Source: Amphiscolops sp. MND2022
Lineage: Eukaryota
Reading direction: 5' to 3'
DNA: 64,000 bases
NCBI GenBank assembly: GCA_964187785.1
Contig: OZ076409.1
Location: 24,120,001 to 24,184,000 of the forward strand
Within the stretch, counting starts at the first letter, position 1. Each line of letters starts with the position of its first letter. The notes under the pieces are model-generated. The model was not told the DNA's origin. It searched no databases and was given only the letters and a program-made list of their open reading frames with translations. Positions 1 through 11,673 of the stretch are shown here, in pieces. Position numbers and translations under genes: made by a program.

Positions 1-144
1 TATAGCGTTGGACAAAAATAATGAGAATAGAATAAACACATTTTATTCGAAAACTGAATTTAATAAAGAAATATATATTATGTCAACTTTAAGAAGAAAC
101 AATTGGTATCATAAAAACATAGTCAATATATTACTAGTTTTCCT

Positions 145-1105
145 TCATTTTTGACACATTTCGAAAATCTTCGCGTAAGTTGCATCTATCAATTTCTTCC
201 TCGTCTTTAAATCCAGAATTGTGCAACAATCCCAAGCATATTGTCTAAGTTCGTCAAGATTTTTCGGATTTTTCTTCTTAATCTCATGCTTGAATATCTG
301 CCACACATTCTCAAAAGTCCAAAGATTGGGTGAATTCGGTGGCGACTGCAAAAGTTGAATGCCATGCCCTGACAGGTAATATCGAGTGCTGGCTGCTGTA
401 TGTGGGGTCGCGCCGTCCTGTTCAAGAATCCAACCGTCTGGACAAAGCTTGTTGGCATAAGGTATGAAGTAGGCAAGGGTGTCCTGGTTAAATTCAGAGT
501 TAACATTCGCATTATTTTGGTAGATATGCATGAAAAATCCTTTTTCCGACAGAGCACCCCAGACCATAATTTTTTGGGAGAATTTCCGGACCTTTTTCTT
601 AGGATACGAGCTGTTCTTTGATGACCAAACTTTGATGGTATTTCGATGCAACTGGAATGTACACTCGTCTGTTAAGAAAACATTATCGAAGATTTCTGGA
701 ACATTGAATTGCTTGCAGAAGTCCAGTCGTTTGATCTCTTGCTGTTGAGAAATATTCGGAACTTTCTTTGGCATTTTTTTCGATATTCCGGATCTCAAGA
801 GTGTCCGTTATTAAGTCCGGGAGGACACTGAATATTTGTGAGATTTTTCGAAGCAATTTTTAACGTCTGCGGCTGAAAAAAAGAGGATTTCTCAAAGCAA
901 TTTGCGTAATTGCCTTTTCTTGGGATGCAGAAAATTTCTGAGGGCGACCTTTTCCTTTTCTTATTTCCAAGCTTTCTCCATTGCGAATTCTTCCAATTTT
1001 TCGATATACGGCAGCTAATGAAAGGCCTGTTCTTTCACATAATTCTCGCGGATTTTTTGAACAATTTCGATAGAGAAATTCAAGTACACAGTTAACGTTT
1101 TTCAT
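145..1105 (-). pseudogene. Tc1/mariner DD34E transposase, frameshifted
   Basis: N-terminal HTH-like part (MKNVNCV...LSLAAVYRKI...KGKGRPQK, ATG at 1105) is in one frame and the catalytic part is in another (145-798): FLTDEC, IMVWGALS, ILEQDGATPH, SPPNSPNLWTFENVW, with 34 residues between the second D and the E. Frameshift near 800-880. TIRs not identified. Confidence 0.9.
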
Positions 1106-1704
1106 TTTTAAAATGAAATCAACAAAACGGAAGTTTATACTGAATTTAGCGCGGGTAAACAAAATTTGAACATGCCACAAGTTAAACCGTACAACATTGA
1201 AAAATTTTACCAAAGGAAATTTTGATTTGATTTCGCTATCAGATGATATGTTCTTTTCAAAAAATATAATTATTCTCATTATTTTTGTCCAACGCTATAA
1301 GAACAAAATTTTGTTGTTGAATTCTGTGGATATTATTACCCACAAAAACAAGGTATATACAAAATTAGCACAAAACCAGTTGAAAACAGGCAATTTCTTG
1401 AATTTCCTGTTGTTTTTCGACATACCCAGACTTTTTCATGAACCTCGAATTTTTCCCCGGAAATGATGCCCTATGTAGGTTTTCATTTTGTCCTTGAACT
1501 CTCTGAAAAGTATTACCGGCAGAAGATCCAGAAATTGAGCAAAAGTTGCATAAAATTGCCGAAAAATAGTTTTTTCATTTCGGAGAAAATTTTGTCTGAG
1601 CATAACATTACCCATCAAAACATCCAGAAACAGGACCAAAATTTATGAAAAAATGTCAAAAATTGGAAAACATTTGGAAAATTCTAATAGATTTTTTTGC
1701 TAGA

Positions 1705-2854
1705 TTTTGGCGCCTCAAAATTTGTTCCGAAAAATTGAAGGAAAAATAAGTCGAGTTAGCCAATTTCAAAATGCTGTAAAAATGTGTAGAATTGAATTTG
1801 AGTGCTAGTTTTCGCCCAATCGACATATTTTGACCCAAATGAGAGATTTAAACTATAAAATCGAAAATCGAAGCCAAAACATTTTCAATTCCCCTCTTAC
1901 GTCCCATTTTGGATTCCTTTTTCAAAGTCAGTGTATATTTGGACTTTATTCTTTGTTTATCGTATTTAACTTAATATGAACTCCATATTTGGGCTACGTG
2001 GGTGTCTCTAGGACCCATGAGGACTATTTGTCAACTTCACTGAGTATTTCACAGCAAATAACATGTGTAAATGTATGCCTTAATCTTGCTTAAATGTATG
2101 CCTTTTATATATACTTTTACATATTTTGGTATACCTCTAGCCCAGTTAAATAGTTTGTTTCTGCTTATTCTTTATATCAAGGCGCTTGTATGGTGATGGT
2201 AAATTTAACCACAAACATCCGCCATTTGGTATTTCCTGTATGATAAAGTAACCAGAGTTAACTCCTACTAAGACACACAGCAACCAAGTAGAGATTCAAA
2301 TCAGTCGACTTTGCTACTCAAGTATTGAAGAAAGTGAAAGCTTGGAAGTTTCTCGTACAATTAATTCAGTTAACTTTGGCTATTGAAGAGCTTTTTTTGA
2401 GTTGAACAAGTGAAATTATATTGTTTCGAAATTCCAACGTCAATTTATTATATTGCATATGATTGCGATATTTTTGCTTGAGAAAGTTATCGTGGACACA
2501 AGGATTGGGATCAATCAAATGGTTTAGCAGATCAACAGAAGCTACTCTTCATCAGGACAGCTAAGTTGATTCCTATAGTCACAGTTTAAAGCTACTTTAT
2601 TATTGCGAAACAGAATAAGTACAAAGTCAAAGATGCAGTAATTGCTTCACCGACTTCCGAAACTTATTCAAAGTAACGCAAGCTAAACTTTTCATTGAAA
2701 TTAGTTGCGAATCACCTATTGAAGGTTCGTGATTAGTGGTTTTTGCAAGTGCCTTTCCTGGACAAATCAGATATAGAAATTGTCCGCAAGTTGTCAACCA
2801 GGCCGTCGTAAAGCTTGGTAAGTGTTTCTGTTAGTTTACCTTACAGACGCAAAA
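1705..2854 (+). repeat. BEL-1 5' LTR
   Basis: Colinear with 9503-10652 at constant offset 7798; about 16 substitutions counted by eye (~98.5% identity). Confidence 0.95.
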
Positions 2855-2857
2855 TTT

Positions 2858-2875
2858 TGGTGCCGCGACCCGGGA
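2858..2875 (+). promoter_or_regulatory. Primer-binding site, tRNA-His-like
   Basis: TGGTGCCGCGACCCGGGA 3 nt after the LTR; resembles the complement of the animal tRNA-His 3' end (TGGTGCCGTGACTCGG). Confidence 0.75.
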
Positions 2876-2951
2876 ATGCACTCTGCAAAATTAACACATT
2901 TGAGCTTTGTGAAATTTGCCTATCTGACCGCTGTGAAAAAAGCAAAAGACA

Positions 2952-5900
2952 ATGGCTGAAGGTGGGCTTTATGACCCTCAATTCATGACCGTGTCAAAAA
3001 ATGGAACTGAAAGAAAAGTCCCATTTTCGGATTCGTTAAAAAATTCATCCACATTGAGCGACTGGATAAATCATGAAAAACGGGTAGTTGACATTGTCTC
3101 GACCATTCGAAGTATGGAATATGACTGGCGAAATATAAAGTCAAACAATCCAGTTCTATGGATCGATAAGGGCAATTTTTGTTTAAAGTTTTGGGCGTCT
3201 AAGGATGAATTGACGAAAGAATTCAAACTGTATCTTCCAATGTTGAAAGAAAAGAACCAATATAATCGCAGAACGGCTCTTAGAAAACTAAATTTGGAAT
3301 TCGAAGAAAGATTCACAGAATGGTGTAAAGACCTCCGAAATCTTGGATTTATCGGTAGCCTTCCCTAGAAATTAAAAGATGAAGGATACTTGCTGAAGTT
3401 TTGTAAGTCCATGGATCAATTTTCCGAAATGACACGATACTTGTCCAGTGAATTAGATACGATTAACAACTTGATGAAACAAGAAGAAAGGTCAAGTAAA
3501 GTGAAGTCATCTATACAAAAACTTCAAGAATTCAAAACTAAGCTGGATAAGGTTTACGAAAGTGTTTGTAGCCAGCTAAAAACGGAATCAATTGGAGAGT
3601 TCTCAATGTTTGAAAAGGAAATTAGAGAATTCAGTGTGAAAATACAGCAAGCGACGACAGATTCATTGAACTATGTCGATCGTTTGAATGAAGTAAAAGA
3701 TCATTGGAACCAACCAGTATCTTCAGATGGGTTGGGGGAAACTACCTCCATGAAAGACATTCCAGTGACATCGACTGGTGATGAAGGTAGTCAAACTCGG
3801 AATTTGCGCCAAAGTGCAAACGATACACTAGAAAAGAGTCTGAAATTGCTAAGAGATGTTAACCAATCCACAGTGTTTGACAAGAGTGAAAACCGTACGG
3901 AAGTTGCTCCTCGGCAAACAGGATCAGCGACTTTGAGTACAGTGAAGCGACGTTCATTAGTGGACTTCTCACCTTCAAGAACTTTGCCGAAAAGTGATAT
4001 CTGCAAACCGTTGGGCTCAAGAGTGGGTTCCGAGTTGTCAAGGGTTAGTGAACTACGACGCTTGGAGATGTATGCTAAAGTGCTAGAACAAAAGTCTCAG
4101 CTAGAAATTGAGAAAAGGCAGCGAGAATTGAAACTGGAGAAAACGAAAATGCAAATGGAGATGCATCAGAAGCTCCTAGATCTACAAACGGAAGCTGAAA
4201 TTGCTGAAATGGAAAGCAGAAAAGCGCTTGAGCAGCACGAAATGAGACTGCAAATAGAAGAAGCTGAAGGGTCAGTTCGTGCTGTGTCGATTTGTCCCAG
4301 CTTGCTGTCTCTCACCCTTGGAGAAGACAAAAACAGTGACATCAGAAGCTGCTTAGAACGAAGTGATGAAAATCTCGAAAAGGGCTTTTCACAACCGAAG
4401 GAATCTAGTAGAGAGGTAGAAATCAAAAGTGGATCAAGAAGACTACCTCAGAAATTTCCAAAACACTCTCCTCATAGAAATCAATTGCTGACTTCGCAAC
4501 CTCATAGCAGAGGTACCAGTAAGTCACCTCCGAGAAAAAACACTGCAATCAATTTTCCGAAAACAAAACTTTCACTTCAGCAAGGCAATGACGAACCGAA
4601 GTCAAAACATGAATTCGCGAATACCACTTTCAAAGTAGAAAATCCGTTTCCTTCCTTTACCCCAGCAGTACCTTTACAGCAACCTGTACTTTTTGTTCAA
4701 ACAAGTTTACCTAAGTTAAAATTATCTGAATTTCACGGAGATCCATTGGAATGGCCGGAATGGTCCAGCTTGTTTACAGCAACCATCCATAATGCACCAA
4801 TCGATGACAATGCAAAAATGAGTCATTTGAAAACGCTCGTTAAAGGTAAAGCCAAGGCGGCAATTGCTGGTCTTGGGTACTCAGGAATCATGTATAGTGC
4901 TGCATGGAACGCTTTGGTTACCAATTTCGGACGTCCGCAAACAATTGTGAATGCGCAGATGAAGCAAATCCATCTGAGACCGTTTATCAAGTCGCATGAC
5001 TCAGCTGCTATAATAAAGTATGCTCAGTTGATCACCACTTGTGTCAATGTATTGAAACAATTTGGTTTCACTGGAGATTTGTACTCAGAATCAGTCCTCA
5101 ATTCAGCTTTGAGAAAGTTACCTCCTGAATTGAAAACAAAATGGTTTTTCCTTGCAAAAAGCAAAAGCTACTATAATGCAGATCTTTGCAAATTTAGCGA
5201 GTGGCTAAATGAAGTTGCCTATGTGCATGATGAAATGATGGTGCAATTCAAAACACCATTTGAGAAAAAAGCCACTGGATCAACCGAAAAGGTTAAGACT
5301 TCAACATTTGCTGCCAATGACCAAGGTAAACCAACATCAACTTCTATTAAGCAATGTCCATTAAAAGATGGCGAAGATAAACTTTGGATGTGCAACAAAT
5401 TCAAACAGCAAGCTGTCAGCGAAAGATATGAAACGTTGAAAAAACTGAAACTTTGTTTCTGTTGTCTTAATTCTCACCTGATTAAAGCTGCAAGTCAGAA
5501 CGTGTCTGCGGTGTGAATGGTTGCACTAAGAAACACAACAGGCTTCTACACTCTGATGCGCAGAAAATAGATAAAGTCACCAATGACAAGAAAACAGAAG
5601 ACTCGGTGCCTCAAAGCAGGGCCGGCAGCTCTTCAATGATGTCGACAGGCAATAACGGTTTCTTACAACTGATTCCTATTTCGATAGGTATTGAAAAACG
5701 ATGCGTCGAAACCATTGCGCTCTGTGATACCGGATCCACTGTTTCGTTTATGGATCAAAGTTTGGTTGATCTTCTCAGGTTGAAAGGTAAAGAGTCCGTA
5801 ATGTCCGTTGCTGGCATTCATGGTTTGTCTGATTTGAAAACGCAAATAGTAACAGCCAAAGTGGGTTCCAGCGAAGCAGAAACGGCTGGAGAGACAGTAA

Positions 5901-8900
5901 CGTTCTGCAGTCATCCTAACCTAAATGTTGGTGAAAAAGACTATGACTTCAGAAAACTAAAAGAAGAGTACCAATATTTATCTGATCTGCCTAATATCAA
6001 AGTCTCAATGACTGATGTTAAAGTGATTTTCGGACAGGATGCTTATCATTTGATCAGGCCGCTGGAATACAAATCTGGCGAAAGAAATCAACCATGGGCG
6101 GTTAAAACAGCACTGGGTTGGACCATTAGCGGAGCCTTGCCAAAAAAGGAAACAAGTAACATATCGGTTTCTTGCAACCTTTCAGTTGCATCCGACCCAC
6201 TGGCAAATCAGATGAAAAAATGGTGGGACATGGAGACATACGCGTCAGTGTGTGATGTCTCTGGTCGATCCAAAGAAGAAAAGAGAGCACTGTCAATTTT
6301 AGAAAGAACAACAAAGCATAACATTGAACGTTATGAAGTTGGTTTAATGTGGGGTAATGACAATCCCGATCTGCCTAACAATTATTACTCAGCATATCAG
6401 CAGTTCTTGTCGATGGAAAAAAGGTTGGAGAAAGACCTTGAATTGAAAGAAGCTTACAAAGCTACCATTGAGAAGGACTTGGAAAACCATTCTATTCGAA
6501 AGCTGGATCAGGAAGAAGTTTCCAGTACAGAGAATGATATGCAATGGTACTTACCTCATCCCCCAGTGAAACATCCACATAAGCCAGGCAAGGTCAGAAG
6601 GGTTTGTAATGCGGCTTCAAAGTTAGAGGCGTTTTGCTAAATGACAAACTTCTCAGTGGACCTGATTTATTGCGCAACTTAGTGGGAATTGTTTTCAGGT
6701 TCAGATAGCACCTGATAGCAATCACTGCCGATATAGAGTCAATGTTTTTACAAGTAGCAGTTCCGAAAGAAGAATGTAGAGTTCTACGTTTTCTCTGGAG
6801 AGATAAACCAGAAGATAACATTGGAATTTTCGAGTATAATATGCATGTGTTCGGAGCAAAGAGTTCCCCAACGTGTGCCAATTATGGTTTCCAACAAGGC
6901 GGTAGGGATAACAAAAGGGAGTTTCCTGTTGCAGCCGCTACAATAGACAGAAACTTCTATATGGACGACCTAGTCAAGAGTGTTGATACACCACAAGAGG
7001 CCATTGAATGTTATCAACAGTTAGTGGAAACACTGAAACGCAGTGGCTTTACTTTAAAGAAATGGGCGAGCAATTGCCCTGAAGTGCTTGAAGTTATCCC
7101 CTCGGAAGACCATCTAGAATCTAATGAATTTACATTGAATGCGGATTCATCGCCCATCCTAGGTCTCGAATGGACCATAGATTCGGATAGTCTTCAAGTC
7201 TGCCGAGGACCAAACAAAGAATGTCCACAAGAAGTAACGCAACGAGTGGTACTATCCTTTGTTTCATCGGTATTTGATCCCATGGGAATCTTCGCACCGT
7301 TTACCATGCGAATGAGAATGCTTTTGAAGAGTATTTGGATTCATTTTGGTCAGTCGTGGGACGAAAATATCAGTGAAGAGGATAAGCGAATATTCTTAGA
7401 GTGGGTACAAGAAATGCAGACAATTAAGCAGACATCTCTTTCCCGGAAGTATTTTTCCAATATCCCCAAGAACGTGCAGTTACATATTTTCAGTGATGCC
7501 TCTTTGGAAGCAATGTGCATTGTTGCATATTTTCGAGGAGAACTCGAAGATGGCATCGAAGTGTCTTTTGTGTTGGGCAAATGCAGAATAGCTCCTATCA
7601 AACAGTTGTCTATTCCTCGTCTAGACCTACAAGCAGCCTTGTATTCTGTGAGGTTGAGAAGGTTGATCATTCAAGAACACGATTTACCTATTAATGGTGT
7701 AACTCATTGGACAGATTCCGTTACCGTATTGCAATGGTTAAACTCAGCGGACAAAAAGCAGAATGTCTTTGTTGCCAATAGAGCAGCTGAAATTCTGGAA
7801 AACTCCACCATTGACGAATGGAAACATATCCGAGGCGAGTTGAATCCATCTGACATTGGAACTCGTGGGATAACTATAGAAAAGTTATGTGAAAGCGAAT
7901 GGTTAACCGGACATTCTTGGTTGAAAGACCAGCCTGAGGATTGGCCATTATCTTTGCATCCAATTCACGTGATTTCTGATGATCATGCTGAAGTTGCAGT
8001 AATTGCGAACACAAGTATGACTCAGGAGCCACCTGTTGATTGGAAAAAATTTAGTAGTTTCTCGAAATGCGTCCGTGTTATCGCGTTTTGTTTGCGGTTG
8101 AAGTATAAAAGTCAAGCTAAAGTTTTACTTGTTGAAGAATTGAATCGAGCAGAAGAAAGAGTTTTGAAAATGATTCAGAAAGAATCTTTCCAGGACCTTT
8201 TTGATGAGAAGGAAAGTTTCGGTAAAACTAAAAAAGGCGGAAATCTATCAAAATTTGCACCCTTCTTTGATGAAAAAGGAGTTATGAGAATTAGGGGTCG
8301 CATCAAACATGCCAACTTGAGCTTCGAACAGCGTCACTCAGTATTGTTTTCTACTAAACACGACATGGTAATGACCATGTTGCGAGATCTACACTTCGAA
8401 CGCAATCATGAAGGTGTAGAGTATGTGAGAAGTGTTATTCAACAAAAACTTTGGATAATCGGGTTACGAAATGCTTTGAGAAGTGTTAAAACTAGTTGTG
8501 TGTTCTGTCGCAAATTACGTGCACAGAATAAAACCCCTTTCATGGCCGACTTACCCCCAGAGAGACTTGATTATCAGTCATATCCGTTTACCAACGTTGG
8601 GATGGATTATTTCGGTCCGTTTGAGGTGAAATTATTAAGAAGATCTATGAAACGTTGGTGCTGCTTATTTACATGCTTAACTACCAGAGCAGTACATATC
8701 GAAGTGGTTCGAAGTTTTGACACAGATTCTTGCTTGGTAGCTATCAATAGATTTATTGCTAGACGCGGCAAGCCGACTACTATCATCAGCGATAATGGTA
8801 CTAACTTCGTTGGATCAGCAAGAGAGTTGAGGAGTACATCAACTCATGGAATCAAGATCAAATAACGTCAGAGCTTGCTCAGAAGCACATTGTATGGAAG

Positions 8901-9536
8901 TTTAACCCTCCTGGTGCACCCCATTTTGGTGGTGTATGGGAGAGATTAGTTAGAAGTTGCAAAAAGGCAATGGTGGCTATATTGGGTAATCGATCTCTTA
9001 CAGATGAAGTTTTTTTGACAACTATGTGCCTAGTGGAACAAACATTAAATGCGCGTCCTATTACTCTAGCAAGCGATGATCCCGAAGATCTGGAAGCACT
9101 TACACCGAACCATTTTATTATTGGTCGAGCGAATGTTTGCATTCCCTTTATTCCAAACGCAGAGGTTTATGCTAACCATAGGAAGATGTTTAGATCAAGC
9201 CAAGCTTTTGCAGACATGATTTGGAACAGATGGGTGAACGAATACCTTCCTCAGAACAATGTAAGAGCACAATGGAACAAGTCAGAGCCAAATATTCAAG
9301 TTGGAGATCTTGTTTGGCTGATAGAAGACAATGTTAGGAGGTCTCACTACAAGATGGCGCGAGTCATGGAAGTATTCCCTGGAAAAGATGGTATTGTGAG
9401 ATCAGCACTAATCAAAACTGTCGATGGAACCCTGAAACGACCTGTGGTTAAACTGGCGCCACTTTTTGAAAAGCGTTTTCGAGCTGAAAACGGGGCCGGC
9501 ATTGTTGGCCCCTCAAAATTTGTTCCGAAAAATTGA
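2952..9536 (+). pseudogene. BEL-1 gag-pol polyprotein, broken by stops and frameshifts
   Basis: Pieces 2952-3368, 3390-5516, 5513-6640, 6742-8865, 8970-9536. Motifs: [16 protein letters not shown] (DUF1759 gag), three Cys/His knuckles, protease ALCDTGS, RT FYMDD, RNase H HIFSDAS, integrase GMDYFGP/ISDNGTNF/GGVWER. The reading frame runs into the 3' LTR. Confidence 0.93.
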
Positions 9537-10652
9537 AGGAAAAATAAGTCGAGTTAGCCAATTTCAAAATGCTGTAAAAATGTGTAGAATTGAATTTGAG
9601 TGCTAGTTTTCGCCCAATCGACATATTTTGACCCAAATGAGAGATTTAAACTATAAAATCGAAAATCGAAGCCAAAAAATTTTCAATTCCCCTCTTACGT
9701 CCCATTTTGGATTTCTTTTTCAAAGTCAGTGTATATTTGGACTTTATTCTTTGTTTATCGTATTTAACTTAATATGAACTCCATATTTGGGCTACGTGGG
9801 TGTCTCTAGGACCCATGAGGACTATTTGTCAACTTCACTGAGTATTTCACAGCAAATAACATGTGTAAATGTATGCCTTAATCTTGCTTAAATGTATGCC
9901 TTTTATATATACTTTTACATATTTTGGTATACCTCTAGCCCAATTAAATAGTTTGTTTCTGCTTATTCTATATATCAAGGCGCTTGTATGGTGATGGTAA
10001 ATTTAACCACAAACATCCGCCATTCGGTATTTCCTGTATGATAAAGTAACCAGAGTTAACTCCTACTAAGACACACAGCAACCAAGTAGAGATTCAAATC
10101 AGTCGACTTTGCTACTCAAGTATTGAAGAAAGTGAAAGCTTGGAAGTTTCTCGTACAATTAATTCAGTTAACTCTGGCTATTGAAGAGCTTTTTTTGAGT
10201 TGAACAAGTGAAATTATATTGTTTCGAAATTCCAACGTCAATTTATTATATTGCATATGGTTGCGATATTTTTGCTTGAGAAAGATATCGTGGACACAAG
10301 GTTTGGTATCAATCAATTGGTTTAGCAGATCAACAGAAGCTACTCTTCATCAGGACAGCTAAGTTGATTCCTATAGTCACAGTTTAAAGCTACTTTATGT
10401 TTGCGAAACAGAATAAGTACAAAGTCAAAGATGCAGTAATTGCTTCACCGACTTCCGAAACTTATTCAAAGTAACGCAAGCTAAACTTTTCATTGAAATT
10501 AGTTGCGAATCACCTATTGAAGGTTCGTGATTAGTGGTTTTTGCAAGTGCCTTTCCTGGACAAATCAGATATAGAAATTGTCCGCAAGTTGTCAACCAGG
10601 CCGTCGTAAAGCTTGGTAAGTGTTTCTGTTAGTTTACCTTGCAGACGCAAAA
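9503..10652 (+). repeat. BEL-1 3' LTR
   Basis: Starts TGTTGG right after the purine-rich GAAAACGGGGCCGGCAT; matches the 5' LTR through ...CAGACGCAAAA. Confidence 0.95.
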
Positions 10653-11486
10653 GTAGAAGTTATCTTAAATTTTCGAAGGCTTTGTTTTTAAACTTTTAGG
10701 ATTCAAAAATTCAAAAATTTTACAGAAAGCTTTAAATGGTCAGAATTTGGAAGAAGTTTATTTCTTTTTGGGGAATTTTTTGGAGACAGCAGTGAGCAAG
10801 AAACCAACTTTCTCTTCTGAAATACCTGTTTGTTAGCCTAGAGTTTTATCGTGAAAACATGTGGATTTTTTTTGCTTTTTGATACTTACAGAAATTGTTT
10901 AAAAAATAGCATAAAACTAGTCCAAAAGGCGAGTTTTCCTAAAGTTTGGCATTTTGGGGGCATTTTGAGGCAATTTTTGTGGGCACTTTTCCCAAAATAA
11001 AAATCGCAGTGCCACTGCCCGTGTTGTTCAGTTTTTCCTCAGTAATTTTGGGTAGCGTTGTGTTTCAGACTTGATTGTCTTGCCTAAAAGGACACATACA
11101 CAATTGGTAAATTTTGAGGCCAATTCATCTATTTCCTATCTTAAAATTTCAAACTTGTTTTATTGAGCTGATGGTTTGGGAATTATGTATCGTTTAATCG
11201 TTTTAAAAGAATATAAGGATAAAATTTGTAGTCCAAAATTATATCCTTTTAATTTTAAATTGGCCATGCGCTAAAAACCCGTTCGATTTTGAAGAAAGTT
11301 TCGGCTAAATCATCCTTTTTGCAAAGTTTCAAATTGGAGTAAATGAAAAATACTATTTAAATTATTGCACTTTGACAACAACAAATATAATTTGAGCGAA
11401 TCTCATAATAAAATAGATTTAAAATTGGAGAAAACAAGAGAAAGACAAGGAGTCCGTATCTGTTGGTTCGATTGTGTGTGACGTCA

Positions 11487-11673
11487 TCAACCAGTGAGTT
11501 TCTGTATCTCGCCGAGTGACATTGAGAGGATGGCTTGTTTCTCGAACAGAAAGCGCAGTTCTTTGCCGTTCCTTCTCTCTCTGTAGATTTCCGATAAACA
11601 AGTCTTCATTTCCCGTTTGATCACACCAGGCAGCTCCTGTTCCCTTGAGACCCAGTCCTGGGCCATTTCCATT
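11487..11673 (-). CDS. LIX1L: LIX1L coding exon 4 (last)
   Basis: Acceptor [28 protein letters not shown]...[14 protein letters not shown]...TG-stop matches the LIX1L C-terminus. Confidence 0.93.

Larger units (their letters stand above)
1705..10652 (+). mobile_element. BEL/Pao LTR retrotransposon (BEL-1), full length, coding region decayed
   Basis: Two 1150-bp direct repeats flank a PBS and gag-pro-RT-RH-IN remnants; flanks CTAGA (1700-1704) and GTAGA (10653-10657) form a 4/5 target-site duplication. Confidence 0.95.

Noticed and set aside
10985..11023. Possible DNA-transposon TIR ending ...GCCACTGCCCGTG that might bound the element BEL-1 inserted into
   Set aside because: No partner TIR or TSD is visible in the window.
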